From positions 3,520,001 to 3,584,000 of the forward strand of contig OZ242374.1 in assembly GCA_965209055.1 (NCBI GenBank): a DNA stretch of 64,000 nt, given 5' to 3'. A program made the translations under genes and the position numbers. Origin of the DNA: Acidobacteriota bacterium (GTDB taxonomy: Bacteria; Acidobacteriota; UBA6911; RPQK01; JAJDTT01). Below are positions 1 through 8,371 of this stretch, in pieces. Numbering within the stretch: the stretch's first letter is position 1; each line of letters starts with the position of its first letter. Under the pieces are notes generated by a model. That model was given only the letters and a program-made list of their open reading frames with translations. It did not search any database and was not told where the DNA came from.

Positions 1-270
1 GACGCCGTCCACCATCAAGGGCGTGGTCTGGAAGGAGGAGAAGGTGGGCAACTCGGAACCGTCGCTGAAATCACCCGTGTCGTAGACCCAGGCTTCCTTC
101 AGGCGGCCCACGTTCTCGCGGTTGATCTGGTTCAGGGAGGAGTACTGCCTCCCTCCCGGGTCCCCGCCGTAGGAGATCCATTCCCGGTCCTGGGCGGGAA
201 GGAGTCCCTGAACCGGCAAGGTGACGAAGAGAAACAGGCGGAAAAAGGCCGAAGGGCGCGCTGTGCTCAT
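1..270 (-). CDS. PQQ-dependent (quinoprotein glucose dehydrogenase-like) protein, 5' part; runs off the window edge
   Basis: Manual translation from ATG at 270: MSTARPSAFFRLFLFVTLPVQGLLPAQDREWISYGGDPGGRQYSSLNQINRENVGRLKEAWVYDTGD...FQTTPLMVDGV. Signal peptide plus the typical W..YGGD.GG.QYS.L.QIN..NV..L..AW N-terminus. Not in the ORF track. Confidence 0.85.
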   Translation of the reverse strand, partial: MSTARPSAFFRLFLFVTLPVQGLLPAQDREWISYGGDPGGRQYSSLNQINRENVGRLKEAWVYDTGDFSDGSELPTFSSFQTTPLMVDGV

Positions 271-391
271 GCGTTTCTGATAGCAGCGCGCCGAGAGGGA
301 AGTCAAGGAAACAGGCGGGTGGCCGGTCCACGTTACTGAGGAATGCGAAGGGACTGACGCGGAGCGCTGTGCAAAGCGGCACATTATCGGC

Positions 392-470
392 GTGACGATC
401 TTCATGACAATTCGCGGTCCTGTCGTCAATTGTCATGATCATTCGCGACACAGTTGTCAATTGTTCGCAA
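392..470. promoter_or_regulatory. Putative operator array in the divergent promoter region
   Basis: Perfect 11-bp inverted repeat TCATGACAATT (402-412)/AATTGTCATGA (428-438); 31-bp imperfect tandem repeat 402-432/433-463 (24/31 identical). Confidence 0.45.
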
Positions 471-556
471 TCGATCCAACGGTTCCGATTCAAGTCCGCG
501 GCTTTCCCGGGATCAGGCTGGCGGCTCCACCCTCCCTGCGGTATAAAAACCGCCAG

Positions 557-2305
557 ATGAAACGCTCCGGACCGCCCCCTCGCAGGGGCGTTCGCTACGA
601 ACCCCCCGAAAAGCCGCCGCACCTGCTCTCCCTGGGACTCGGCCTTCAACTCGTGATGCTGAACATCAGCGGAATCGTGCTGATCCCCAAGATCATCATC
701 GAAGCCGCGGCCGTCGGCGAGGTCTACCTTTCCTGGGCCGTCTTCGCCGGACTCTGCGTCTGTGGCCTGATCACCGTCATCCAGGCGGTTCGGGTCGGCA
801 ACATGGGAGCGGGGTACATCCTCCTGATGGGGACCTCCGGCACCTTTGTCGCCGTGTCGATTACGGCTCTGGTGGAGGGGGGACCGGCTCTATTGGCCAC
901 CTTGATCGTGGTTTCGTCCCTGTTCCAGTTCGTCTTGGGCTCGCGTCTCGTGCTGCTGAGACGGGTGATCACGCCGTTGGTGGCGGGGACGGTCATCATG
1001 CTGGTAGCGGTCACCATCATGCCCATTGCCTTCAACATGTTGTCCCGGCCGCCGGAAGGAACTCCGCCGGCTGCCGCCCCCGTCAGTTTCGCGGTGACCC
1101 TCCTCGCCATGGCGGGTCTGGCCCTCTTCGCAGCGGGCGCTTGGCGGCTCTGGGGCCCGGTCTTGGGAGTGATCGCGGGTTGCAGCGTAGCGGGGTACTA
1201 TGGGATCTACGACACTGCCCGAGTCGCCTCCGCCCCTTGGTTCGGGCTGCCGCCCATCGGGTGGCCCGGGTTCGACCTGAGTTTCGGCTCGTCGTTCTGG
1301 GCTTTGCTCCCGGTATTCATATTCGTGGTGGCCATCGATACCGTGAGGACCGTAGGCGGCTCCATCAGCATCCAGCAGGTGTCCTGGCGGCAGCCGCGAG
1401 CGACCGATTTTCGGTCGGTGCAGGGCACCATCGGCGCAAGCGGCCTGTCCAACCTCCTTTCCGGACTGGTGGGGACGTTGCCCAACACCACCTACTCCTC
1501 CAGCATCTCGGTGGCCGCGCTCACGGGTGTGGCGGCCCGCAACGTGGGGGTCTGCGTCGGGATCCTCATCATCGTCTTCTCCTTCATTCCCAAAGCGACG
1601 GCGGTGATCCTGGCGATTCCCAATCCGGTCGTTGCGGCCTACATCGTCGTGCTCATCTCGCTGCTGTTCGTCGTGGGAACGCGGATCGTGGTCCGGGACG
1701 GCCTGGACAGTCGCAAGAGCATCGTGGTCGGCGTCGCGTTCTGGTTGGGCGTCGGTTTCCAGAACCGGCAGATTTTCTCGGAACACCTGGGAGATGCGGC
1801 GGCGTCGATTATGGAGAACGGGATCGCCGCCGGTGGACTGGCCGCGATCGTGATGACAGTCGCCCTGGAACTGTCCAAGCCCCGGCGGAGGAAGATCAAG
1901 ACGAAGCTGGGTCTGGAGTCGTTGGCGGAGGTCGACGAGTTCGTTCAGCGATTCGCCAAGGACAAGCATTGGAACGCGACCTCAACGGGACGACTGCGCG
2001 CGGCGACGGAGGAGGCGATCCTGAGCTTGGTTCCGTATGAGAGGGATACGGAGCCGGAAGACGCGCGGAACCTGGTCCTGTCGATGGGAGGTGACGGCCG
2101 GAAAGCAGAATTGGAGTTTATCGCCGCGGCGGGGGAGGGTAATCTTGAAGATAAATTGGCGCTGTTGGGACAATGGGCGGAACAGTCGAGCGATCGCGAG
2201 TTCTCGCTCCGGCTGCTCCGCCACTTCGCCACCTCCGTGAATCACCGTCAGTATCACGACACCGACGTCGTGACGATCCGTGTAGACGCGGACAAGGAAT
2301 CATGA
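557..2305 (+). CDS. NCS2 (xanthine/uracil permease) family transporter with C-terminal HATPase-like domain, copy 1
   Basis: RYEPPEKPP..LGLQ N-terminus, many TM helices, PNTTYS..LTGVAAR, ~140 aa soluble tail; ATG 557 chosen over the upstream GTG. Confidence 0.85.
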   Translation: MKRSGPPPRRGVRYEPPEKPPHLLSLGLGLQLVMLNISGIVLIPKIIIEAAAVGEVYLSWAVFAGLCVCGLITVIQAVRVGNMGAGYILLMGTSGTFVAVSITALVEGGPALLATLIVVSSLFQFVLGSRLVLLRRVITPLVAGTVIMLVAVTIMPIAFNMLSRPPEGTPPAAAPVSFAVTLLAMAGLALFAAGAWRLWGPVLGVIAGCSVAGYYGIYDTARVASAPWFGLPPIGWPGFDLSFGSSFWALLPVFIFVVAIDTVRTVGGSISIQQVSWRQPRATDFRSVQGTIGASGLSNLLSGLVGTLPNTTYSSSISVAALTGVAARNVGVCVGILIIVFSFIPKATAVILAIPNPVVAAYIVVLISLLFVVGTRIVVRDGLDSRKSIVVGVAFWLGVGFQNRQIFSEHLGDAAASIMENGIAAGGLAAIVMTVALELSKPRRRKIKTKLGLESLAEVDEFVQRFAKDKHWNATSTGRLRAATEEAILSLVPYERDTEPEDARNLVLSMGGDGRKAELEFIAAAGEGNLEDKLALLGQWAEQSSDREFSLRLLRHFATSVNHRQYHDTDVVTIRVDADKES

Positions 2306-2396
2306 CGAGCAGGCTGACGGGCGGCCCGGGAATCGGTCAGCTCCTATTTCGGAAACGAACCGGCAACGACGGGTTGCGACAAACAGGGATAAATTT

Positions 2397-4157
2397 ATGA
2401 AGCCATCCGCTCCAGCTCTTCAGAAAGATCTTCGTTACGAACCCAACGAACGGCCCCCGAACCTGCTCTCCCTGGGACTCGGATTTCAGCTTGTCCTGCT
2501 CACTATCGGCGGGATCGTCCTGACTCCGGCGATCATCATTCGCGCAGCCGGCGGGGAGGACGCCTACATGACCTGGGCCGTCTTCGCCGGGCTCTGCGTC
2601 TGCGGCGTGTCCACGATCCTCCAGGCCGTCCGCGTCGGACGGTTCGGTTCCGGCTACGTCCTCCTGATGGGAACCTCCGGCGTCTTCATCGCCGTGTCGG
2701 TGACGGCGCTGACGGATGGGGGACCCGGACTGCTGGCGACCCTGGTGGTCGTCTCGTCCATATTTCAATTTGTTCTGGCGTCGCACCTGTCTCTGCTGCG
2801 TAGGGTCATTACGCCGTTGGTGGCGGGGACCGTGATCATGCTGATCTCGGTGACCATCATGCCCATCGCCTTCAACCTGGTGGCCGACGCGGCGGAAGGG
2901 GCGGCCTCCACGGGTGCGCCTGTAAGCGCGGCGGCGACCCTCGTCTTCACGGCAGGTCTGGCCCTCTTCTCCAAGGGCAGCTTGCGGCTCTGGGCACCCG
3001 TTCTGGGTGTTACCATCGGTTGCATCGTCGCCTCTTTCTACGGTCTCTACGACGTCGCTCGAGTCGCCGACGCTGCTTGGTTCGGAATGCCCACGAGCGG
3101 TTGGCCCGGTCTCGACCTGACGTTCGGCGCCTCATTCTGGACCTTGCTCCCGGTCTTCGTCCTGGTGACCGTGGTAGGCGCCATCGAAACCGTCGGCGAC
3201 GCCATCGGAATCCAGCAGGTCTCATGGCGGAGGCCGCGGGCGACCGACTTTCGCGCAGTGCAGGGGGCCGTCGGAGCGGACGGCGTGGGCAATCTCCTGT
3301 CGGGCCTGATGGGGACCGTGCCCAACACGACCTACTCCACCAGCGTCGCCGTCACCGAGCTGACCGGCGTCGCCGCGCGCTCCGTGGGGGTCTGCATCGG
3401 AATCCTCTTCTTCTCCTTTGCCTTCCTTCCCAAAGTGACGGCGGTGATCCTGGCGATTCCGGACCCGGTGGTGGCGGCTTACATCCTGGTGCTGATGGCC
3501 GTCCTGTTTGTCCTGGGCATGAGGATCGTGGCGCAGGACGGCCTCGACAGCCGCAAGAGCGTGGTCGTCGGGCTGTCTTTCTGGCTGGGCGTCGGCTTTC
3601 AGAATCAGCAGATTTTCGCGGACTACATGGACGGCACCCTGGCGACCATCCTGGGGAACGGCATGGCGGCCGGCGGATTGGCCGCGATCGTGATGACGGT
3701 GGCTCTGGACTTGGCCAAGCCGCGAAGGAGGCGGGTCAAGGCCATGCTCAGCCTCGATTCGCTGCCGGAGATCGACGGGTTCATCTGCAAGTTCGCCGCC
3801 GCCAAGGATTGGAACGAGGCGTCAACGGAGCGGCTCCGGGCCGCTGCGGAGGAATCGGTCCTGAGTCTGATTCCGGAGGGGGAGGCGTCTGAAGCGGCAG
3901 AGGCCCGGCACCTGTTGCTCCTGGTCCGCGGGGACGGCCGCGGGGCGGAGTTGGAATTCATCGCCTCGGCAGTGGAGGGGAATCTCGAGGACCGTCTGGC
4001 GCTCCTGGGCCAGTGGGCGAGGCGATCGGTCGACCGCGAGTTCTCGCTGCGGCTGCTCCGCCACTACGCCAGTTCGGTGCGCCACCGGCAGTACCACGAC
4101 ACCGACGTCGTGACGGTGCGGGTCGAAGCGGACGCACCAGCGAAGAGTGACGGCTGA
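2397..4157 (+). CDS. NCS2 family transporter with C-terminal HATPase-like domain, copy 2
   Basis: Full-length paralog of 557-2305; IETVGD, GADG and PNTTYS motifs; same tail (REFSLRLLRH..HRQYHDTDVVT). Confidence 0.87.
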   Translation: MKPSAPALQKDLRYEPNERPPNLLSLGLGFQLVLLTIGGIVLTPAIIIRAAGGEDAYMTWAVFAGLCVCGVSTILQAVRVGRFGSGYVLLMGTSGVFIAVSVTALTDGGPGLLATLVVVSSIFQFVLASHLSLLRRVITPLVAGTVIMLISVTIMPIAFNLVADAAEGAASTGAPVSAAATLVFTAGLALFSKGSLRLWAPVLGVTIGCIVASFYGLYDVARVADAAWFGMPTSGWPGLDLTFGASFWTLLPVFVLVTVVGAIETVGDAIGIQQVSWRRPRATDFRAVQGAVGADGVGNLLSGLMGTVPNTTYSTSVAVTELTGVAARSVGVCIGILFFSFAFLPKVTAVILAIPDPVVAAYILVLMAVLFVLGMRIVAQDGLDSRKSVVVGLSFWLGVGFQNQQIFADYMDGTLATILGNGMAAGGLAAIVMTVALDLAKPRRRRVKAMLSLDSLPEIDGFICKFAAAKDWNEASTERLRAAAEESVLSLIPEGEASEAAEARHLLLLVRGDGRGAELEFIASAVEGNLEDRLALLGQWARRSVDREFSLRLLRHYASSVRHRQYHDTDVVTVRVEADAPAKSDG

Positions 4158-4268
4158 GAAGAGTGCACCACGGGTCTCCGATACCAACCTTCACTTCCCG
4201 CGCCGGTACATATGCGCTGCATTTTCGGTATCAAGATGCTCCTTCGTCCAGGCTGCAGTTGATTTTGA

Positions 4269-4290
4269 AATTGAAATTCAGTTTCATATT
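4269..4290. promoter_or_regulatory. Fur-box-like operator
   Basis: TGAAATT-C-AGTTTCA (4272-4286), 7-1-7 inverted repeat with 10/14 matches to TGATAAT-N-ATTATCA, in an AT-rich patch ~35 bp before an iron transporter. Confidence 0.6.
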
Positions 4291-4320
4291 CGGGCACGTT
4301 GGAGAAGGAGGCTCAGCATC

Positions 4321-5322
4321 ATGAACGCAAATCTTCGGCGATTGGTCATCCTTTGCACGATCTCATTGATATTGCCCGGCATAGCGAATGCACAAGAAGT
4401 CAACGTCTACTCGACGCGCTCGCACTACGGGTCCGAGCCCGCCTTCGAGTTGTTCACCGAGAAGACCGGAATCAAGGTCAACTTTTTCATGGGGAACAAC
4501 AACGAGGTCTTCGAACGGTTGCGGGCCGAGGGTTCCGACACCCGGGCCGACGTCATGGTGACGGTCGACGCGGGCAATCTGTGGAACGCGGCCCGCGAAG
4601 GGCTGCTTATGCCCATCCAATCCGACACTCTGATGAAGAACGTCCCGGCGCATCTCCGTGATCCGGAGAACCGGTGGTTCGGCCTCGCGGTCCGCGCGCG
4701 CACCATCATGTACAGCACCGAGCGGGTGAAGCCTTCGGAGCTCTCGACGTATGCGGCGCTGGCGGATCCGAAATGGAAAGGCCGCATCTGTTTGCGCACG
4801 TCCAACAGCATCTACAACCAGTCCCTGCTCGCCTCGGCGATCGGAGTTCACGGCGAAGCGGTCGTCGAGAAGATGATTGGAGGCTGGGTCGCAAACGAGC
4901 CCGAGATCGTCAACTCGGACCGGCCCGTCCTCCGCGCTATCGCGGCGGGGCAGTGCGACGTCGGGATCACCAACAGCTACTACCTCGCGCGCATCCTGGC
5001 CAAGGAACCCGATCTGCCGGTCGCGCCGTTCTGGGCCAACCAGGAGACGACCGGAACCCACGTGAACATCTCGGGGGCGGGGGTCACCAAGTACGCGAAG
5101 AACAAGGAAAACGCAGTTCGACTCCTGGAGTTCATCACCTCCGTCGAGGCGCAAGAGACACTTGCCGCAAGCAGTTTCGAGTATCCGGCAAATCCCGCTG
5201 CGGAGCCGCACCCGGTTCTGAAAGGCTGGGGGGGCTTCAAGCAGGAGCAGGTGGGCGTCGCTGCGGCCGGTGAGAATCAGGTGGCCGCGATCAAGCTCGC
5301 CGACCGTGCCGGCTACCGGTAG
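4321..5322 (+). CDS. Fe(3+) ABC transporter substrate-binding protein (FbpA/FutA family)
   Basis: Signal peptide; EVNVYSTR, ADVMVTVDAGNL, NSYY (twin Tyr iron ligands), GTHVNISGAGV. Confidence 0.9.
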   Translation: MNANLRRLVILCTISLILPGIANAQEVNVYSTRSHYGSEPAFELFTEKTGIKVNFFMGNNNEVFERLRAEGSDTRADVMVTVDAGNLWNAAREGLLMPIQSDTLMKNVPAHLRDPENRWFGLAVRARTIMYSTERVKPSELSTYAALADPKWKGRICLRTSNSIYNQSLLASAIGVHGEAVVEKMIGGWVANEPEIVNSDRPVLRAIAAGQCDVGITNSYYLARILAKEPDLPVAPFWANQETTGTHVNISGAGVTKYAKNKENAVRLLEFITSVEAQETLAASSFEYPANPAAEPHPVLKGWGGFKQEQVGVAAAGENQVAAIKLADRAGYR

Positions 5323-5328
5323 TTTCTC

Positions 5329-6957
5329 ATGGCTCGACGCTCGCGAGCGCTCGCCGTCGGAGCATGGCTCACGGCCGCGCTCGTCGCGCTTCCGGTTCTC
5401 AGCGTCGCGCTCAATCTGACCTCTCCGCGGGGCGAGGTGTGGCGTCACCTCGCTGATACGATTCTCTGGGAGCTCCTTTCGAACACCTTCTGGCTCCTGG
5501 TCGGCGTCGGCTCGCTCGCCGGCACCATTGGGACGGTCTCCGCATGGCTGGTCGCGACCCGGCGGTTTCCGGGCCGCGATGTTTTCGAATGGGCGCTCGT
5601 CCTGCCGCTCGCCGTGCCGACCTACGTCATCGGCTTCGTGTTCGTGGCGCTCTTCGAGTTTGCGGGGCCGGTTCCCACGTTTTTTCGCGAGACACTCCAT
5701 ATCGGTTGGCGATTTCCCAACGTGCGGTCCTACGGAGGCGTCGTACTCGCCATGAGCCTGGTCGTGTATCCGTACGTCTACCTGCTCGCCCTGACCGCGT
5801 TTCGCGAGTTGGGGGCGAACTTCACCGAGGCGGCGCGAAGCCTGGGCTGCCGGCCGGCAGCCGTATTCCGGAGAGTCGGATTGCCATTGGCCCGACCCGC
5901 GATAGCCACCGGCGTCGCACTCGCCCTCATGGAGACGCTCGCGGACTTTGGAACCGTTTCCGTGTTCGGCTATCGAACGCTGACGACGGCCATCTATCGC
6001 GTCTGGTTCGGCATGTTCGACCGCGTCGCGGCGGGTCAGCTCGCGGTGGTGCTCATGCTGTTCGCGTTGATACTCGTTACTCTGGAACAGCGGGCACGGG
6101 GTCGTATGCGATTCGTTCAAGCTCACGGGCGAAACGTCGCTCGAACGCTTCCGCCGCTCACGGGATCCAGAGGCTGGGCGGCGACGGCGTTCCTTACCGG
6201 CGTACTGGCGGCAGGATTTCTTGTTCCGACCGGTGTTCTCGCCTTCTGGAGCCTCCGCGCCGCGGAAGGGTCGCTGCTTCCCGGAAACTTTCCGGCGCTC
6301 TTGCGCAACACGCTCGCGCTCGCGGCATCCGCCTGCCTGCTCGCGGTCGCGGCGGCAACCGTCCTCGCTTATGCGGCCCGCTTCACCCGTTCGCGTGCTT
6401 TGGCGTTCGGGACTCGCGTTGCGAGTCTCGGTTATGCAATACCCGGCTCCGTCATCGCTGTCGGCGTCTTGCTGACGCTTTCTCGTATCGACGGCATCGT
6501 CAACGCCGCCCTCGGTTGGTTCGGAGACTTCGGAGCCGGCTTGCTTCTGACCGGCTCGGCGCTCGGACTGTTGTTCGCTTATCTCGTCCGCTTCATCTCG
6601 GTGGCGTTCTTCCCGGTGGAGTCGGGGCTCACCCGGATCTCGGGTAGTATGGACGAGAGTGCGCGCGGTCTCGGCGCGGGACCGGCCCGCGTGCTTGGGT
6701 GCGTTCATCTCCCGCTTCTGAGAGGCTCCCTGTTGACCGCTCTCATTCTCGTCTTCGTCGATGTGATGAAGGAAATGCCGGCAACGATGCTGATTCGCCC
6801 GTTCGGCGTCGACACCCTCGCCGTGGAAGTGTGGCAGCGAACGGCCGAGTCGATGTGGACCGAAGCGTCGGCCCCGGCACTCTCCATCGTCGCAGCCGGG
6901 ATCTTGCCCGTCATCGTGCTGACGCGGCTTCGGGGCATGAACGAGGCACGCCTGTAG
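5329..6957 (+). CDS. Fe(3+) ABC transporter permease (FbpB/FutB family)
   Basis: Two EAA loops (EAARSLG, ESARGLG), METLADFG, KEMPAT. Confidence 0.9.
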   Translation: MARRSRALAVGAWLTAALVALPVLSVALNLTSPRGEVWRHLADTILWELLSNTFWLLVGVGSLAGTIGTVSAWLVATRRFPGRDVFEWALVLPLAVPTYVIGFVFVALFEFAGPVPTFFRETLHIGWRFPNVRSYGGVVLAMSLVVYPYVYLLALTAFRELGANFTEAARSLGCRPAAVFRRVGLPLARPAIATGVALALMETLADFGTVSVFGYRTLTTAIYRVWFGMFDRVAAGQLAVVLMLFALILVTLEQRARGRMRFVQAHGRNVARTLPPLTGSRGWAATAFLTGVLAAGFLVPTGVLAFWSLRAAEGSLLPGNFPALLRNTLALAASACLLAVAAATVLAYAARFTRSRALAFGTRVASLGYAIPGSVIAVGVLLTLSRIDGIVNAALGWFGDFGAGLLLTGSALGLLFAYLVRFISVAFFPVESGLTRISGSMDESARGLGAGPARVLGCVHLPLLRGSLLTALILVFVDVMKEMPATMLIRPFGVDTLAVEVWQRTAESMWTEASAPALSIVAAGILPVIVLTRLRGMNEARL

Positions 6958-6960
6958 ACG

Positions 6961-8013
6961 ATGCCGGACCTCTTCCTGTCCCTCGACGGCCTCGAAAAGA
7001 CCTTCGAAGGCTCGCCGGCGCCGGCCGTGTCGGACGTGTCGTTCTCGATGCCGAAAGGTGAGATCCTGGCGCTCCTCGGTCCCAGCGGGTGCGGCAAGAC
7101 GACGACCCTTCGTCTGATCGCCGGATTCGAGACACCGGACCGCGGCACGATTCGCATTGGAGGTCGAATCGTACAGAGCGGCGACGTCGAGCTCCCGCCC
7201 GAAGAGCGCCGCGTCGGTTTCGTCTTCCAGGACTACGCGCTGTTTCCGCATTTGGACGTCCGGGGAAACGTCGAGTTCGGCCTGTCCGGACTCGCCCTCG
7301 GCGATCGCAGGAGGCGCGCTCGCGACGCGATGGATCTTTGCGGGCTCGAGGGGATGGCTTTGCGCTTTCCGCACGAGCTTTCCGGCGGTCAACAGCAGCG
7401 CACGGCGCTCGCGCGGGCGCTGGCTCCAGGGTACGAGCTACTTTTGCTGGACGAGCCGCTGTCGAATCTGGACGCGGCCCTGCGCACGAGCTTGTGCAAA
7501 GAGCTTCGACGGATCCTGAAGCATGCCGGACGCGCCGCCATCGTCGTCACGCACGACCGGGAGGAGGCCTTTCAGATCGCGGACCGGGTGGCGGTGATGC
7601 GCAATGGGCGTCTTGAGCAAGTGGGCTCGGCCCGCGACCTTCACGATCGTCCGGTCAGCCGGTTCGTTGCGGAATTCGTGCTGGACGCCACCTTCTTGGC
7701 GGGGGTCGTCGCGAGACAGGGAGTCGAAACCGAGATCGGTCCGATTCCGGGTGCGGACTCGCTGGCGGCAGGGACGAATGTGGTTGTTGCCGTCAGACCG
7801 CAGCAGCTTGAACTCACACCGAGTCGCGACGGGGCAGGCGTTGTCGTCGAGCGCGTGTTTCGCGGCTCCCACGAACGCTATCGTGTGCGGTTGCCTTCGG
7901 GAGCCGAGCTTGCGAGTTTCCAAACCCTGCGGACCGAGGCCTCGTCGCTGGACGTTGGCGAGTCCGTCGTCCTGAAGCTCACCGACCCCGCGCCGCCCAT
8001 TTTCGTCGAGTAG
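6961..8013 (+). CDS. Fe(3+) ABC transporter ATP-binding protein with TOBE domain (FbpC family)
   Basis: Walker A GPSGCGKTT, LSGGQQQR, LLLDEP, VTHD. Confidence 0.92.
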   Translation: MPDLFLSLDGLEKTFEGSPAPAVSDVSFSMPKGEILALLGPSGCGKTTTLRLIAGFETPDRGTIRIGGRIVQSGDVELPPEERRVGFVFQDYALFPHLDVRGNVEFGLSGLALGDRRRRARDAMDLCGLEGMALRFPHELSGGQQQRTALARALAPGYELLLLDEPLSNLDAALRTSLCKELRRILKHAGRAAIVVTHDREEAFQIADRVAVMRNGRLEQVGSARDLHDRPVSRFVAEFVLDATFLAGVVARQGVETEIGPIPGADSLAAGTNVVVAVRPQQLELTPSRDGAGVVVERVFRGSHERYRVRLPSGAELASFQTLRTEASSLDVGESVVLKLTDPAPPIFVE

Positions 8014-8371
8014 TTCTCGGGAATGCTGATTGTGCGGCCAGACGAACGGCGCACGCTTTGCAATGGCCATCGGGAACTTTCCATACGATCGAGCGGATGC
8101 TTGGCGAGAAGAGCTTTTTCCGCAATCTCTCGTCAACCTGGGTGAGAAATGCGGGTTCAGCAGCCTTGCCTGGCCCGAACCACAAAATCCCGGTGATCTT
8201 TCCGGCCACACGAGACATCCAAGCTGATGCGGCACTCGGAATCGCCGGTTTTGGGCCAGCACGCAAGACCGGACGAGCCACGTCGTCAGGTTGTCTCACG
8301 GCAGACCGTCCGGCTAAAATATGCGCTCACCTCGACGGAATGGTGTAGGTGAAATCTGGAGGTGATTTCCA

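Noticed and set aside
4363-7392. 1009-aa antisense ORF spanning three ABC genes
   Set aside because: Shadow ORF: the three sense genes share one frame and high GC3 keeps the antisense frame open; no motifs.
4321-8013. Three in-frame genes each ending in TAG (possible read-through or recoding)
   Set aside because: Same frame has about a 1-in-9 chance; TAG ends many other genes here; each gene has its own ATG and is a complete protein.
8014-8371. Short overlapping ORFs between the ABC ATPase and the ankyrin gene
   Set aside because: No recognisable motif or RBS; may be a gene remnant but I cannot support a call.
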